A DNA stretch of 63,597 nt, from positions 22,086,151 through 22,149,747 of the forward strand of contig NC_068995.1 in the NCBI RefSeq assembly GCF_001194135.2. The letters run 5' to 3'. Shown in pieces: positions 39,014 to 52,125 of the stretch. The notes beneath the pieces are model-generated. The model worked only from the letters and a program-made list of their open reading frames with translations. It did no database searches and had not been told where the DNA came from. The translations under genes were made by a program, and so were the position numbers. The stretch is from Octopus bimaculoides. Taxonomy: Eukaryota. Numbering within the stretch: the first letter of the stretch is position 1; each line of letters starts with the position of its first letter.

Positions 39014-39917
39014 TGATATCAATGTTCATATTATTGAATATCACAACTGTAATATTATGATGTGAGATATTTGAAATTGAAGTGTACTAGATTGAATAGG
39101 TATGTTTAGTGAATTTCACTGTAATATGTATAGGTTGTTATTTCACGCTGTGATTACTGACTTCGGTATGACAAACAGAATTAATTTGAAATAGAGGGAA
39201 AATATATTATTGTCTATCTGTATTCATCATATTGTATACCTATATGTTTTCAATTCTCACATAACAGATAATTATTACAGTTACAATCAACAGAAGGAAA
39301 TTACTAAAATATGTTCTGCGAAAATGACTTTATACTTTGCAAGAAGAGAAAAACTTTATTACAGAAATGTTCAAACGAATCTTACAGATAAGTTATTCGG
39401 ATTTTCTTGTTTAACTAAGCCGTTAAAATTAACAATTATTTAATTTCAGATTCTTCATATTCAATAAGAGTACTAGAATACTGAAATGAAGAGAATCTGT
39501 AATTATTCGAAGAAACCTTCTTGACAATCCGAATTTCAAATATGGCTATTGTCTCATGGGTTAACATAAAAGATAGACGATGCAGAAAGTTTTCATAAAA
39601 TGAATATTTTAAAGACAAATCAGATCTTTATTAAAATAGTTTTAATCCATACTAGTAAACAAGGCAAAGTAATTGATATAGACGACATGCCTAAATTTGT
39701 CGTAATACATCAGTAAATTCTCACTTTTGTGGGAGCCCCAGCATGGTCTTAGTCTCATGATTAAACTATTTTAAAAAATACACACACATTCTGCATACAT
39801 GTACATATACATACATACATATAAACGTACATACGTATATATATATATATATATATATATATNNNNNNNNNNNNNNNNNNNNNNNNNNNNNNNNNNNNNN
39901 NNNNNNNNNNNNNNNNN

Positions 39918-39963
<46 letters not shown>

Positions 39964-39989
39964 TAGATAGATACATATATATGAATATA

Positions 39990-40170
39990 TGGGTACAGGA
40001 TGTCACGAACGATGCAAATAAGATGAAATACGTAAACAACGAGAAAAATGGAAAACAGGACAAGTTAACGAAGAGACAGAACCCTTCATCAGTTGTAGGC
40101 TGACTATCTACTCCTGATATCGAGCATTCAATGACAATATGAGTCTTCAAAGACAGCTGCTCCCATAAAT
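39990..40170 (-). mobile_element. PLE pLTR-like remnant (same family as 900-1480 and 6640-6960)
   Basis: ttgaaga...gctcgatatcaggagtagatagtcagcctacaactgatgaaggg; hammerhead core heavily eroded. Confidence 0.4.
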
Positions 40171-40822
40171 TCTCCCATGAATCTGAAATAAAATTTAGGA
40201 TTTATGGAAGGTCAAATTTGGGTTAAAAAAGAATGACAGTGGAGGCATACAAGGAAACCGAAGGAAAACAAACATGGAGGTTCGTTAGACCAGAACGAGA
40301 GGAAAATAGTGAACACAGGGAGACAATTTGCTTTTGAAAAGAGAAAAGATAGACAGGAGAAAGCCATTGACTGTTGCTAAAGTTTTGAGCAATGTTTGGG
40401 AGCACATGAATTATGAGATCCTTAACAGTTGGTACCATCTCACCACAAGCTTTCAGCCCCCACCAGACTTCCCGACTTAGATGATGATGAGTTTCAGAGA
40501 AATGGATATTTTTTAATGAAATTTTCTACGAATATTTGTTATATGTAGATTCCGAATATACAACATTTTGGGGGAAAGTATTTTAGGAGGGAGGGGTAGG
40601 ATTTGGGGAAAACTCACCGGACTCCACTTCGATTCGTCTTTCCGCAAAATGGATATTTTGTAATGAAATTGCCTACAAATATATCTCGGACTATGTAAAA
40701 TAATTTGCAAGGCGAAATTCTCATCAGTTCAATCGGAATTTTTATTCGCTGCCTCTTGCGCGGAGGATTTGAAAAATTATAATATATAAGAATGAGACAC
40801 GTGTTATTTGGTTTATATGCTA

Positions 40823-40915
40823 ATGTTTTGGCGTATCCGTTGATGAGAACTTCGCCTTGCAAATTATTTTATTTGCTAATTAAAGTTCGAAACCTGAGGT
40901 CCGGCTGTAAAACAT
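40823..40915 (+). ncRNA. Type I hammerhead ribozyme with an extended stem II
   Basis: Stem I ccg/cgg plus distal atgtttt/aaaacat; core TTGATGA 40840-40846; stem II gaactt/aagttc enclosing gcaaat/atttgc; GAAAC 40889-40893; stem III ACC-tga-GGT; GUC, cleavage predicted after 40901. Confidence 0.75.
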
Positions 40916-41178
40916 GGTAGATGTTTTTATTTGTCATTCCCTTCGAAAGTGCTCTTAACTGTGGTTTGGACTTTTTGACTGTTCTTTCTAGTATGTTAGG
41001 CAGCATGTTAAGGCTCGCCTCTTTGTACTTAAATGTAGACTAATTTCTATATGAAAAATATGTCTGTTGACTTTGTATACATACTAGGCCACTGGTAGGA
41101 AAAACATTTCTATAATTTTTCCTACCCTATATTAATTTTAAGTAATTATATATATATATAGTACCGCTNNNNNNNNNN

Positions 41179-41214
<36 letters not shown>

Positions 41215-42320
41215 GTACATACTACATGGATTATATGCGCTACTAATGGTTTCCCGTACATCAGGCGCTGATTCAACTATGCAACCATGCAGTTTACATT
41301 TAAACAGAGTACAGGTGTGAAGGGACACGAAAGCAAAACGTACTTAATGGAAGATTCCACCAAGATGTCTGAATGAATAATAAAAAAATAAGAAAGAAAA
41401 ATAAATAAATAATTGTATAAATAAATAAAATTATATATAAAGAATATTAAAAGGTATATTATATGTTATCAAAATATGTTAACATGTAATTTTAAAACTA
41501 TCAGCTTCAATATATTTTAATATATTTTTATACAATTTAAAATTACATTTTAAAATTCTATTTTATTATATTGTAATATAATTTAATATAATTTTAATAT
41601 TTTTATATATATATGTTTTATTTATTTATTTATTCTTGTCTGTTTTTATTACTCATTCACTCATCTTCGTGGAATCTCGCATTAAGTACGTTTTGATTTC
41701 ATATCGCTTCACACGTGGCCTCTACTTAAACGTAATCCTCTTGCTTGTATTGTTCAATCTGCGCCCCATGAACTTACTTATGTACATGAAACTATTAGGA
41801 GCGCATATAATGCGTGTAATACGAAGCATTTATATTAATATTATACACTCATTAGACAGAGTACTCTTTTTGATTTTTACAGACATTAATTTTGTATATA
41901 TATATATATNNNNNNNNNNNNNNNNNNNNNNNNNNNNNNNNNNNNNNNNNNNNNNNNNNNNNNNNNNNNNNNNNNNNNNNNNNNNNNNNNNNNNNNNNNN
42001 NNNNNNNNNNNNNNNNNNNNNNNNNNNNNNNNNATATATATAATTTAAAAGAGTTCCAACTCTGTTTTTTATGTTTTATTTATATTGTTATAAAATTAAT
42101 GTGGGATATAGAATATGGAATCTATAATATAAATAGTAATATGAAATGAAGTATTGAATGTCTTATTGAATAAATGAAATATTGAGGATTGAATATATAA
42201 GGACTAGTATACTTTCCTGCTTTATAGCAGTCATCAAGGTCCCGTCTGACAGATGTGTTTATATAAGATGTGTATATTAAGACAAGGTAGAAAATGTTAA
42301 AATAATTTTATCATGAAGAA

Positions 42321-42362
42321 CATTTTAGTACTGGTTTCAGTCTTTGCGACTTTTTCAACTTA
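42321..42362 (-). ncRNA. Minimal hammerhead motif with a U3-A8 core variant
   Basis: ag-TTGAAAA-agtc(gcaaa)gact-GAAAC-ca-GTA-ct; stem I only 2 bp contiguous. Confidence 0.5.
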
Positions 42363-42479
42363 TAGTAAAGCGTGAAAAACAATTAAATTCTGGAAAAATA
42401 AACTGAATTGTTTTCTTTTTTCTTAATCTTCCCTTAGTTTTCAAATGTAAGGGACATTTTCCTTTTTTCTGCCTGTCTC

Positions 42480-44430
42480 TCTTTTGTACATCCGAACATG
42501 GGATGTAAGCACACACCTTTCAATATCCTCCCAAGAACCCGCACCATAAATCACACCAGGGCACTCCATAACAACAAGGGACAACTACATAACAGCTACC
42601 GTCTCAATCACCTCAATCATTTTTTAGACCCAATTCGCAAACACAGAGATGCGAGATAGCACCAGACAGACAGACAGGAGTAACCAAAAGTGATAAAATT
42701 ATCATCAATCTAACTCACAAAGAACTAACAGCAAACCAAATCAGCATACACTCCAAACGGCTCGATTTTAAACCCCACACAACGCTCCAACTACAACGAA
42801 ATGAAAGAATACGATGCGGAATTTTATAGAAAATAACGACTCGCTGAGGACGAATCGTTAATCCGAAATATAAGTAACTACAGGACTTCAAAAGGTAAGA
42901 ACAAAATTCCTGACCATTTCTGTGAAAACAACACGAATTACCCATATCAGCATATGCACAAACAAAAACACAAACCAAACTTCAGCAAAAAGAATGGGCT
43001 GAGCTGAACTAATTAAAAGATGACAAAACAATAACAATCAAAGAGGCTCATAAAGTGGGTGTATTGTCTTAATGGATACGGTAACTCTAGTACTATCCAT
43101 ATAAGACGACACAACATATTATGAAAAGGTCCAACACTACAGTCAGCAGAAAATAATGAGAAACCTAAAACCTATGTTAGACAAATAAAGTGAAGGGCTC
43201 ACCGATAAGGAATAAAATTATATGACTCACCTCAAAAGTAAATTCAGTCAATTCTACGGTATTCCTAAGTTACACAAAAGTGAGAAAATAAGTAACGCAT
43301 GCAAGATAGCCACAGACATAATAATCAAGGTCCCTACTCCTAATGACCTCAAATTAAGACCTATAATAGCAGGTCCCGCATGCGAAATCCACTGCCTCAG
43401 TAACCTTTTAAATACCCTCTTTTAACCATTCTTCAAGCATATCAAAAGCTACATAATTGACGTCCTAGATATGCGCAGTCACCTACCTCTCTTAAACAAT
43501 AAACAAAAACACCCTACTAGTATTCTACTAGTATCCTTCGATGTAGTCAACCTCTATTCTAATATCTTCCGTAGCTTAGGAATAAAGGCAATTAAATTCT
43601 GGCTAGATAATTACTCTAATGAGCTCCCATATCGCATCAAAAAGGAATTAGTTATAGAGGGGCTAAACTTCATCTTGGAAAATAACTATTTTGTGTTTAA
43701 AGACAACTTCTATCGACAAAAATCCGGGACTGTGATAGATACGAGAATGACCCCCTCATTTACTAACCTTGTCATGGAATGTCTAGAAATCAGTCTTTAT
43801 TGTAATTTACTAGAGAAATATGGCAACCCATTCTCCCTCTACATAGAAAATAACTGGAAGAGGTATCTAGATGACTGTTTCATTGTTTGGCATAAAAGTA
43901 TAGAGGGACTTAAAGAATTTCAAGCATTTATAAATGGACTAGACATAAACATTCAATGGAATACAGCCATCAAAAACTTTCATTCCCCGACATCCTCATT
44001 AAGAAATCCAACAATAAAATAGAAACAAATATATACGGATAAGCCCACGGACTCCAAGCAACACGTACCCTTCAAATCATGACACACCAGACGCACTAGA
44101 ATGAATATCTCTTTCAACCTACCAAAAAGGATTTGTACTATAGTTTCTAATAAAAGCACCAGGGACACACGACTGCATGAACTAAAGGATACATCCATTA
44201 CAAGGAACTACCCACCATCACTAACTGGTATAGGCTTTTAACGTGCCCTACAACTCAACGTCCACGAACTCAGACATGCCAAATTGAACAATGATTTACA
44301 ACCAAAAGCCCTAACATACATTTCCACACACAACCCTCTTAACAAAGATGCCTTCGACACGATCCTCCAGAACATTTTCGTACTAAAAACGAACAACAGA
44401 ATGAATTTAATCCTCCAAATGCATACCCAA
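42480..44430 (+). mobile_element. Decayed PLE reverse-transcriptase region
   Basis: IIINLTHKELT, FYGIPKLHKS, LRPIIAGP, LVSFDVVNLYSNI, FILENNYF, WKRYLDDCF, KPTDSKQ (ORFs 43222-43425 and 43471-44022). Confidence 0.9.
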
Positions 44431-44473
44431 ATCTAGAAAAAGACAGACAGACATACAGGTAGGCAGACAGGAA

Positions 44474-44483
44474 GATAGATAGG

Positions 44484-44544
<61 letters not shown>

Positions 44545-44551
44545 TAGATAG
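44474..44551. repeat. (GATA)n microsatellite
   Basis: Seen directly. Confidence 0.95.
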
Positions 44552-45125
44552 ATATTCACTAATCAGCACGAATGGATAGACAGACGCTTAGTTTGTTAGG
44601 TGTGCATTCATGCCTCTAGGCACCTAATTTAAGAATCAATTTCTATTCATGCGAGTCACTGTCCACTCGCTAACAAACCAATATACATACACACATTTGC
44701 ATACAGACATGTATCATATAAATGCATGTATCAAAACTTCATATATGTATAAGTGTGTAACAGCCAAATAAATTTATGTGTATTCTGTTCAGCATATAAA
44801 AACATGCTGCTAAATTATTTAACGTAACTTTAAAGGTTATCAGCGAGTATTAATGTGTGGATTGTGTGCGAATATATAAATATATTCAAAGTCTTGAATG
44901 GGAAAACGTAGAGTGATTTGGCTCAGAATTTCCAAACCACCTATTAAAGAGACCTGCAAGTGTTTGCTTTCTAAAAATGTCAACATCAATTCAGGAACCA
45001 CACAAATGACATAATATTGCCGATAAATATGGTATTACAAAATGCGCAAATGCTCACATTTTATTCACAAGCACACATACAATATTTCACGGTTGTATAT
45101 ACGCATATATATACACACACACACA

Positions 45126-45156
<31 letters not shown>

Positions 45157-45751
45157 NNNNNNNNNNNNNNNNNNNNNNNNNNNNNNNNNNNNNNNNNNNN
45201 NNNNNNNNNNNNNNNNNNNNNNNNNNNNNNNNNNNNNNNNNNNNNNNNNNNNNNNNNNNNNNNNNNNNNNNNNNNNNNNNNNNNNNNNNNNNNNNNNNNN
45301 NNNNNNNNNNNNNNNNNNNNNNNNNNNNNNNNNNNNNNNNNNNNNNNNNNNNNNNNNNNNNNNNNNNNNNNNNNNNNNNNNNNNNNNNNNNNNNNNNNNN
45401 NNNNNNNNNNNNNNNNNNNNNNNNNNNNNNNNNNNNNNNNNNNNNNNNNNNNNNNNNNNNNNNNNNNNNNNNNNNNNNNNNNNNNNNNNNNNNNNNNNNN
45501 NNNNNNNNNNNNNNNNNNNNNNNNNNNNNNNNNNNNNNNNNNNNNNNNNNNNNNNNNNNNNNNNNNNNNNNNNNNNNNNNNNNNNNNNNNNNNNNNNNNN
45601 NNNNNNNNNNNNNNNNNNNNNNNNNNNNNNNNNNNNNNNNNNNNNNNNNNNNNNNNNNNNNNNNNNNNNNNNNNNNNNNNNNNNNNNNNNNNNNNNNNNN
45701 NNNNNNNNNNNNNNNNNNNNNNNNNNNNNNNNNNNNNNNNNNNNNNNNNNN

Positions 45752-45790
<39 letters not shown>

Positions 45791-47604
45791 GCGTGTTGTT
45801 CTTTTGGGACGAAATTACTTTTGCAGAAAAACGGAAACAAGCCAAAAATATAAATTCAGCTTTCAAATATATGTATGCCGATGACATATTCAGAGGCAAA
45901 CATTGATATTGGAAATAAATGTGAGTATTTTAATGTTTAATTCTTTTTTTTACCTCATCAGAGTTTCCTGCTTTATTGGAGAATATTTTACCCGTTGTGT
46001 TAGCACATTTCTTTGAAAACCATACAATATCTCACTGATAAATGATTCTGTCAAAACATGTTTTAATACATTGATCTATAATATATTAATATTTTCAACC
46101 ATCATTCTACATTATTGAAATATTTATTGTATTCGTTTGTAAACGAAAACACTGAAACATTTATGCAATTCAAACAATATATTTGTAATTTAAAGATAAT
46201 AGGAAATCATTTATAGGACATAAGATCTACGTATAATGCAGCTTCTTTTCTTGTATCGTAAAATGTTCTGTTAGTATTTTAATATTACTGAAGAAGGATT
46301 AAGGACATGTTTCTTTTCGTTGTTAATGATAGACCGTTATACTTTTAACGAACTGATACTTGTATTAAATGATTGTTCTCCAGTACAATCACTCCTTATA
46401 GTTATGGGAAAAAACCGTTTCTATATGAAACTAATAGACCTAAGAAACAGAAATGACAAAGCAACATGAATTTCAAGTACATATTTGACGGTTTCTATGC
46501 AAGAACGTCAGATTCATATTACCTATGAATGGTTGATTTACATTCAATAAAAATCTTGTCTAAAATTCAATCGAAGTGAATTACTATTGTTTTTTAAAAT
46601 GTTAACTCTCTTTCTCTCATTCTCCTTCTTTGTCTCTTCTCTCCTTCTCCCTCTCTCTCTTCTCTCCTTCTCCCCCTCTCTCCTCTCTCTCTCTCTCTCT
46701 CTCCTTCTTGCACCATCTATGAATCTACCTATCGATCGCTCTTCTATCTTGCCTATCTATTACTCATCTAGCCATGTCTCTGTCCGTCATTCACTCTCTC
46801 CATATTTTCCGCTGCTTGACTATTTCCACTGTGTTTTCTCCACCCGTTCGTGTGTAATTTTGTTTTATGATGTACGAAATAGTCGTTTTTTGTCGGTTTG
46901 CATCTCTGTTACATTTCATCACGAGTAATGAAAACGTTCATTCAACTGTACGGCAATAGAATTGCAACACCGTTTTCGACGATTGTCATATTTGTGTTTC
47001 GATAACATTGAAGGAAATCCGATTGTCTCACATCTTAAAATATATATACATAGGTCATAGTAAAATTAATATTTTCCAGTACGTTTTCTAGTTTTTCAGC
47101 GAATGGCGCCAATGAATTAAGGAAACGATGTAAGCTACTGAAGCATAAACTGCATGGTTTGGAAAATTAAGTATTTCATTAATTTGCATCATGAAAATTT
47201 AGAGTTAATGACGCTACACGGATATTTGATCATGACTGACCCAGTTTCTCACAATGATATATCCCGATGCACAGTGGCTACTAATTTTGACGACCCTGTG
47301 ACAGAAATCAATAAACGAGTTGAAGCTTATGTTACGTAAAATCACTTTTCAGATGGAATGAATACAATACAGCCACCAGTCGGTGCATCACTTTTCGTTT
47401 CTGTCCGTGATGTTTCTGTAATTTTTACGTCCACAGAACTTTATGTATGTCTAAAGATACGTTGCAAGAACTTCAGTTAAACCAGTGGCATTATTTTGGA
47501 TCTCCTCTTTTCAATGTAAATAAGTGATAAGTATTGATAGCTAAAATATGAAAGTTGCAATAATGTGTACGTGTGGGTGTGTGTGTGTGTATGTGAGTGT
47601 ATAC

Positions 47605-47765
47605 TCTTTTACAGGTTCCAGTCATTTGACAGTAGTCATGCCGGAGCACCGCCTTTAGTCGAAGAAATAGATCTCAGGAATTATTCTTTGTCAGGCTAGT
47701 ACTTATTCAATCGGTTTCTTTTGCCGAACCGTTAAGCAATGGTGAGGGGAAAAACACAAACACAC
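47605..47765 (-). mobile_element. SINE family A 3' half
   Basis: Reverse complement matches the 8640-8708 segment (cggttcggcaaaa...gaataagtac...caaagaataa). Confidence 0.75.
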
Positions 47766-48339
47766 ATATCTAGATCTACATGTATATATGTAAGCATATA
47801 TATATATATATATAATTAAATACTAACGTAAAGGTGCAGCCAGGATGATCTTACATCAAATACTCATAAGCCTGAATGTTCAGGCGGTGACATAAAACTT
47901 AATTAGATTGCAAAAGTAATTTTTATTATACACCATTTAATTGATGCAATTGATACGCAAAGAAATCGTTATCAATAGTGATAGATCAATATATTATACG
48001 TTCTAGAACAAAATATTTCAACTAATGTAGATGATGACGACGGCATGGAGCAATAAGAAGAGAAAGCGGTTCATGACAATAGCGATAGGGGGTCAGATCA
48101 GGTCACTATGCATCGCTACTGGTAACATGTAACCAGTACATCTTCTTACATATTCGGGTCTTCGGCGGTTAAACTAATATCTCCACCAAGCTTGTTTTGT
48201 GTAGAAGTTGATATTGGACACCCTGCGGAGCTGAAAAGAATCCCGACGCGGTAGAACTCACGAGAGTTAATGGACATCCTATATACGTATGCACGTTGTA
48301 TGTTAGTGTACGTGGGACTGTTTGCCAGTGTGTGTGTGT

Positions 48340-48343
48340 GTAT

Positions 48344-48402
<59 letters not shown>

Positions 48403-48406
48403 GATT

Positions 48407-48463
<57 letters not shown>

Positions 48464-48500
48464 CTTGATAGATAGATAGATAGATAGATAGATAAATAGA
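48340..48500. repeat. (TA)n(GATA)n microsatellite
   Basis: Seen directly. Confidence 0.95.
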
Positions 48501-48611
48501 AACATGCATACATACATACATGCATACATATATATAAATACATATGTGTGTGTCTGTGTGTACGCGCGCTTGTTTAAATTAATAAAAGGACATACAAAGT
48601 ATGTCTATCTG

Positions 48612-48778
48612 CTGGAGATAACAGTCAAATAACAGTCAAAACTTACTTAAATCGCCGAAAAATCACTGATAATAACTACGGAAATCAACCGTCTGCGTGC
48701 AAACGGGTGAAGACAATCTTTGAACATACATTCAAGTTTTTTCGGCGTTTAAGTAAGAGTTTTGACTGTTATTTCCAG
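48612..48778. repeat. About 170-bp foldback with about 40-bp inverted arms
   Basis: Left ctggagataacagtcaaa[taacagtcaaa]acttacttaaatcgccgaaaaa; right 48738-48778 tttttcggcgtttaagtaagagttttgactgttatttccag. Confidence 0.65.
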
Positions 48779-49189
48779 TAGGGAGATATACTTAATATGT
48801 CATTTGATTAATTTTAATCCTTCAGCTATTTAATGCTCTTTGGGGCCTGCAATCGCCTATATTATTGGTTCTGTTTTCATTTTTAATTGTTGCAATATAT
48901 AATAACAGAGTCAATAATATCTTCGCAAATATTTTTTCCTGAATTATTTGCTTTGTATTGAAATTATATATATGTATCAGTATTTTTTAAAAACATTTTA
49001 GAAGGTGTATGATGGACCACTCCCAGATGCTGACGCTTTCACGAAGCGAAGCATGAAGGCAAAACGTAGACGAAGAAAATAAGCTAAACATCAAGAAACT
49101 GAAAGCGGATTTACATGAACAGCTTGATAAAGTTTTACAATGAAGGGGAGATGAGGGAAGCAAAGAACTTGAAGCAATATGGAACATCT

Positions 49190-50010
49190 TGAACACTACA
49201 AATGAGAGAACGAGGTTATTTATGCCTCGTTGATAAAAATCTTTGAAAGCTGATTCCACCTCTGGTCTGGATCTGAAAGTTTTATCACATAAAAACGTAT
49301 TTAAATGCTTTAAAAATGGTAGGCAGTGGGTGAAACATCAGAAGAAAATAGAGGATGTGGTAAAGTCTCGTATATCAAGTCTGTGAGTTTCTGCATCATC
49401 ATTCTTGCAACATGTGGCTTTGCATTATCGAGGAGCAGAATTGTGTCACGCCTCATTTTTTTGCGTATGAACATGCATTTTAGCGATTTGATTGCAGTAA
49501 ACCTCTGTTGTAATGTTCTGATTGGCTTCCAGAAAGCCGTCATAGAGAATACCAATTGCAGACCAACAGACAGTCGCCATAATCTTTTGCTGATGCGACT
49601 TTGGCTTTGGGAAATGTTTGGGGGACTCATCACTATCAAGCCATTGACTTGATCGTTTACGGTTATCATACAGGATCCACTTTTCATCACAAGTGACTGT
49701 TCGGTCAAGAAAAGGATCATTGGTATTTCACAGAAAGAGCATCGAGAACACTTCAAAACGCCGAACTTTTGATTTTCATTGAACCCATGCGGTACCCATT
49801 TTCCAGCTTTCTCACCTTGCCAATCTTCTACGGATTGTGTGAGACCGTTGTAATACCGACACTAAGTCACTAAGTGCCTGGGACATTTCTCTGACACTTT
49901 GATGTGGATTTTGTTTAACAATTTCTTTCAATTGTTCATTGTCAAGACTGCATGACCGTCCTCTACTTTCTTCATCTTATATGCTCTCATCGGGGCTTTC
50001 TTAGAGGCAC
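49190..50010 (-). mobile_element. Mariner transposase remnant (DD34D-type catalytic region)
   Basis: [69 protein letters not shown]. Confidence 0.9.
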
Positions 50011-51505
50011 GCCTAAAAAAGAAATATATTTAATTTTCTTTTTTTAATGGATCCTTTGATTACGAGCCGTGTGTCGTCTGAAAAAGGGCTGCCTGTGACT
50101 CTTTACGTAAATAATTATTTTATCACTTTAATACACCTTGTAAGATACCTATCTATTTTTGTCTTTTCCATCGAAACATGACTAATTGTTCCTACGAAAC
50201 TTTACAGTCGAATAAACGCATAACACATAGTGAGTTATAGCAACTCCAGTAAGCAGATGGTTGAATATCACTTTGGAATTGGTAAGCCAGATGGACGTAG
50301 ATATCTTCAAGCTAACTGATAACTAAAAATATAGGGATATGTGTTTGCTTCTCCTACAATGTAATTTAGGCGAAATTTAGCCAAAGACTATGATTTGAAT
50401 TATTACATCTAACGACATTTTCTTTAAATCTAAATTTTCATTTACATCATATGAAACAGATACATATGGCATCGAGTTCTAGAGTGAAACAAATGGTTTG
50501 ATGTGTGCTTTCTGCATAAATCCTATGTTAAGTCATAGCTGCATGGCAAGGACATATTTATGTTTTTAGAAACGGAGTATCATTTAGTCTGCAATATTGC
50601 AAGAGAATATACTATATTAGAGTTTTTTTTTACAGTGTCGAATGGAAGGTATTTTCTCTTTTTCGACACAACAGAAAACAAAGATTGCTAATTATCTAAA
50701 TATAATTCGGGCAATTTATTCTTCAACACCATATTCCAAAATGAATTTTTCTGACATTCTTCACAAATTTACAAAATTTATATTATCAGTGTCACAAATA
50801 TTATAGCTTTCTATTGATATAATTGATTCTGATATTATTTACCTTGGCGATTTATTAAGAAATTGTATTTTTATATTGATTTTTCTCACAAATCCCCCCC
50901 CCCCCCACACAATAATGATATTAGGTGATATTGTGATTCTAGAACGCGAAAAGAAACTGTTGTTCTACCAAAAAATAAATTCTGAAGACACTATAATCCA
51001 TTTTGCCTGGAAAATTAATACCTCTTTGTGGAAAATAACTAGGGCAAATTTCCAGCTGTTGTGTGTTTCCGGAAGAATATACAGTTAAGCAGAGGGTAAT
51101 ATAAGTAATGTATAAAAGTCAGAAAATTATCGATTAATTGGAAGAGAATCGCAAGAACAAAAATATTTCCTGTTAATGATTATTACTAGCTGAGAAAGGC
51201 AAGGGAGACAAATTTGATATCCATATTAATTGAAACTTAATTTATAGCTTCCTGAAGAGATTTGCGTCTGATGCTTGAAAAGTAATTTGAAGCTTAACAG
51301 TTGTGTTCCCTCAATTACCAGGTGGAATTGGCTATCTTTTGCTTAACTGCTTTAATCAAGTAAGGCAACGATTTAACTATCTTTTAAATATTTATCGATT
51401 TATCCAACACCTGTATACAACAGATTATTTATATTTTTATATGTATTATATTTCATAATATTCTTAAATTGGTAAACAAATACGGACAACATTGAAATAT
51501 TGCAT

Positions 51506-51648
51506 CAAGAGATATCAAATAAGTGAGACAAGGAAAATATTACAATGTTCAGATGTATGTTGACAAGATTAAATTGTCAAGCATTATATCATTCGGTTTA
51601 TAAAAACCATAAGTTTCTATGCATCTTTACTTTTCCTCCTTTTTTTTT
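51506..51648. repeat. About 143-bp direct repeat, copy 1 (copy 2 at 53868-54010)
   Basis: Near-identical copies, only a few mismatches. Confidence 0.9.
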
Positions 51649-52085
51649 AACTGATGAAATGATAATTGCATCAATGATAACTGCTGCTGATTTTGTTAAA
51701 TCTCAAGTCAATTTTGATGGAGACTTATGATTATAGGTGTTCTATCTATGGCTAGGATGTCTTTGATTCAACCAGTGCATCAATGAATACATTATCCAAT
51801 GCATGCTGCTCATATTGAAAACGGTAGAATGTGACTAACAGTGGTTTCGCTGCTATATCTAGCTCTTAGATCAAACATATATAGACACAGTTATGCAAGA
51901 TTTCATCTCAGTATCACGTGTAAGAACTTTAAACGTTATAAAATTCATAAAAATTGAGAGCGTATTAAATTTAGGTATCGCAGTGTCATTATATATGTAC
52001 AGAAAATAATTTAAAGTTTAGAACACCGAAAATGATTATAGATATTAGTTATGTGGATTTTACTCAATGTATATATATATATATA

Positions 52086-52125
<40 letters not shown>

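Noticed and set aside
38561-39065. Poly-His/Tyr/Ile/Asn/Asp ORFs (also 19210-19530 and 2570-2812)
   Set aside because: Translations of trinucleotide microsatellites, open in several frames.
48150-48285. GC-richer segment with splice-like sites
   Set aside because: Its end (tataggatgtcca) and an internal cagggtgtcca resemble Tc1-type TIRs; more likely a DNA-transposon remnant, and I recognise no protein.
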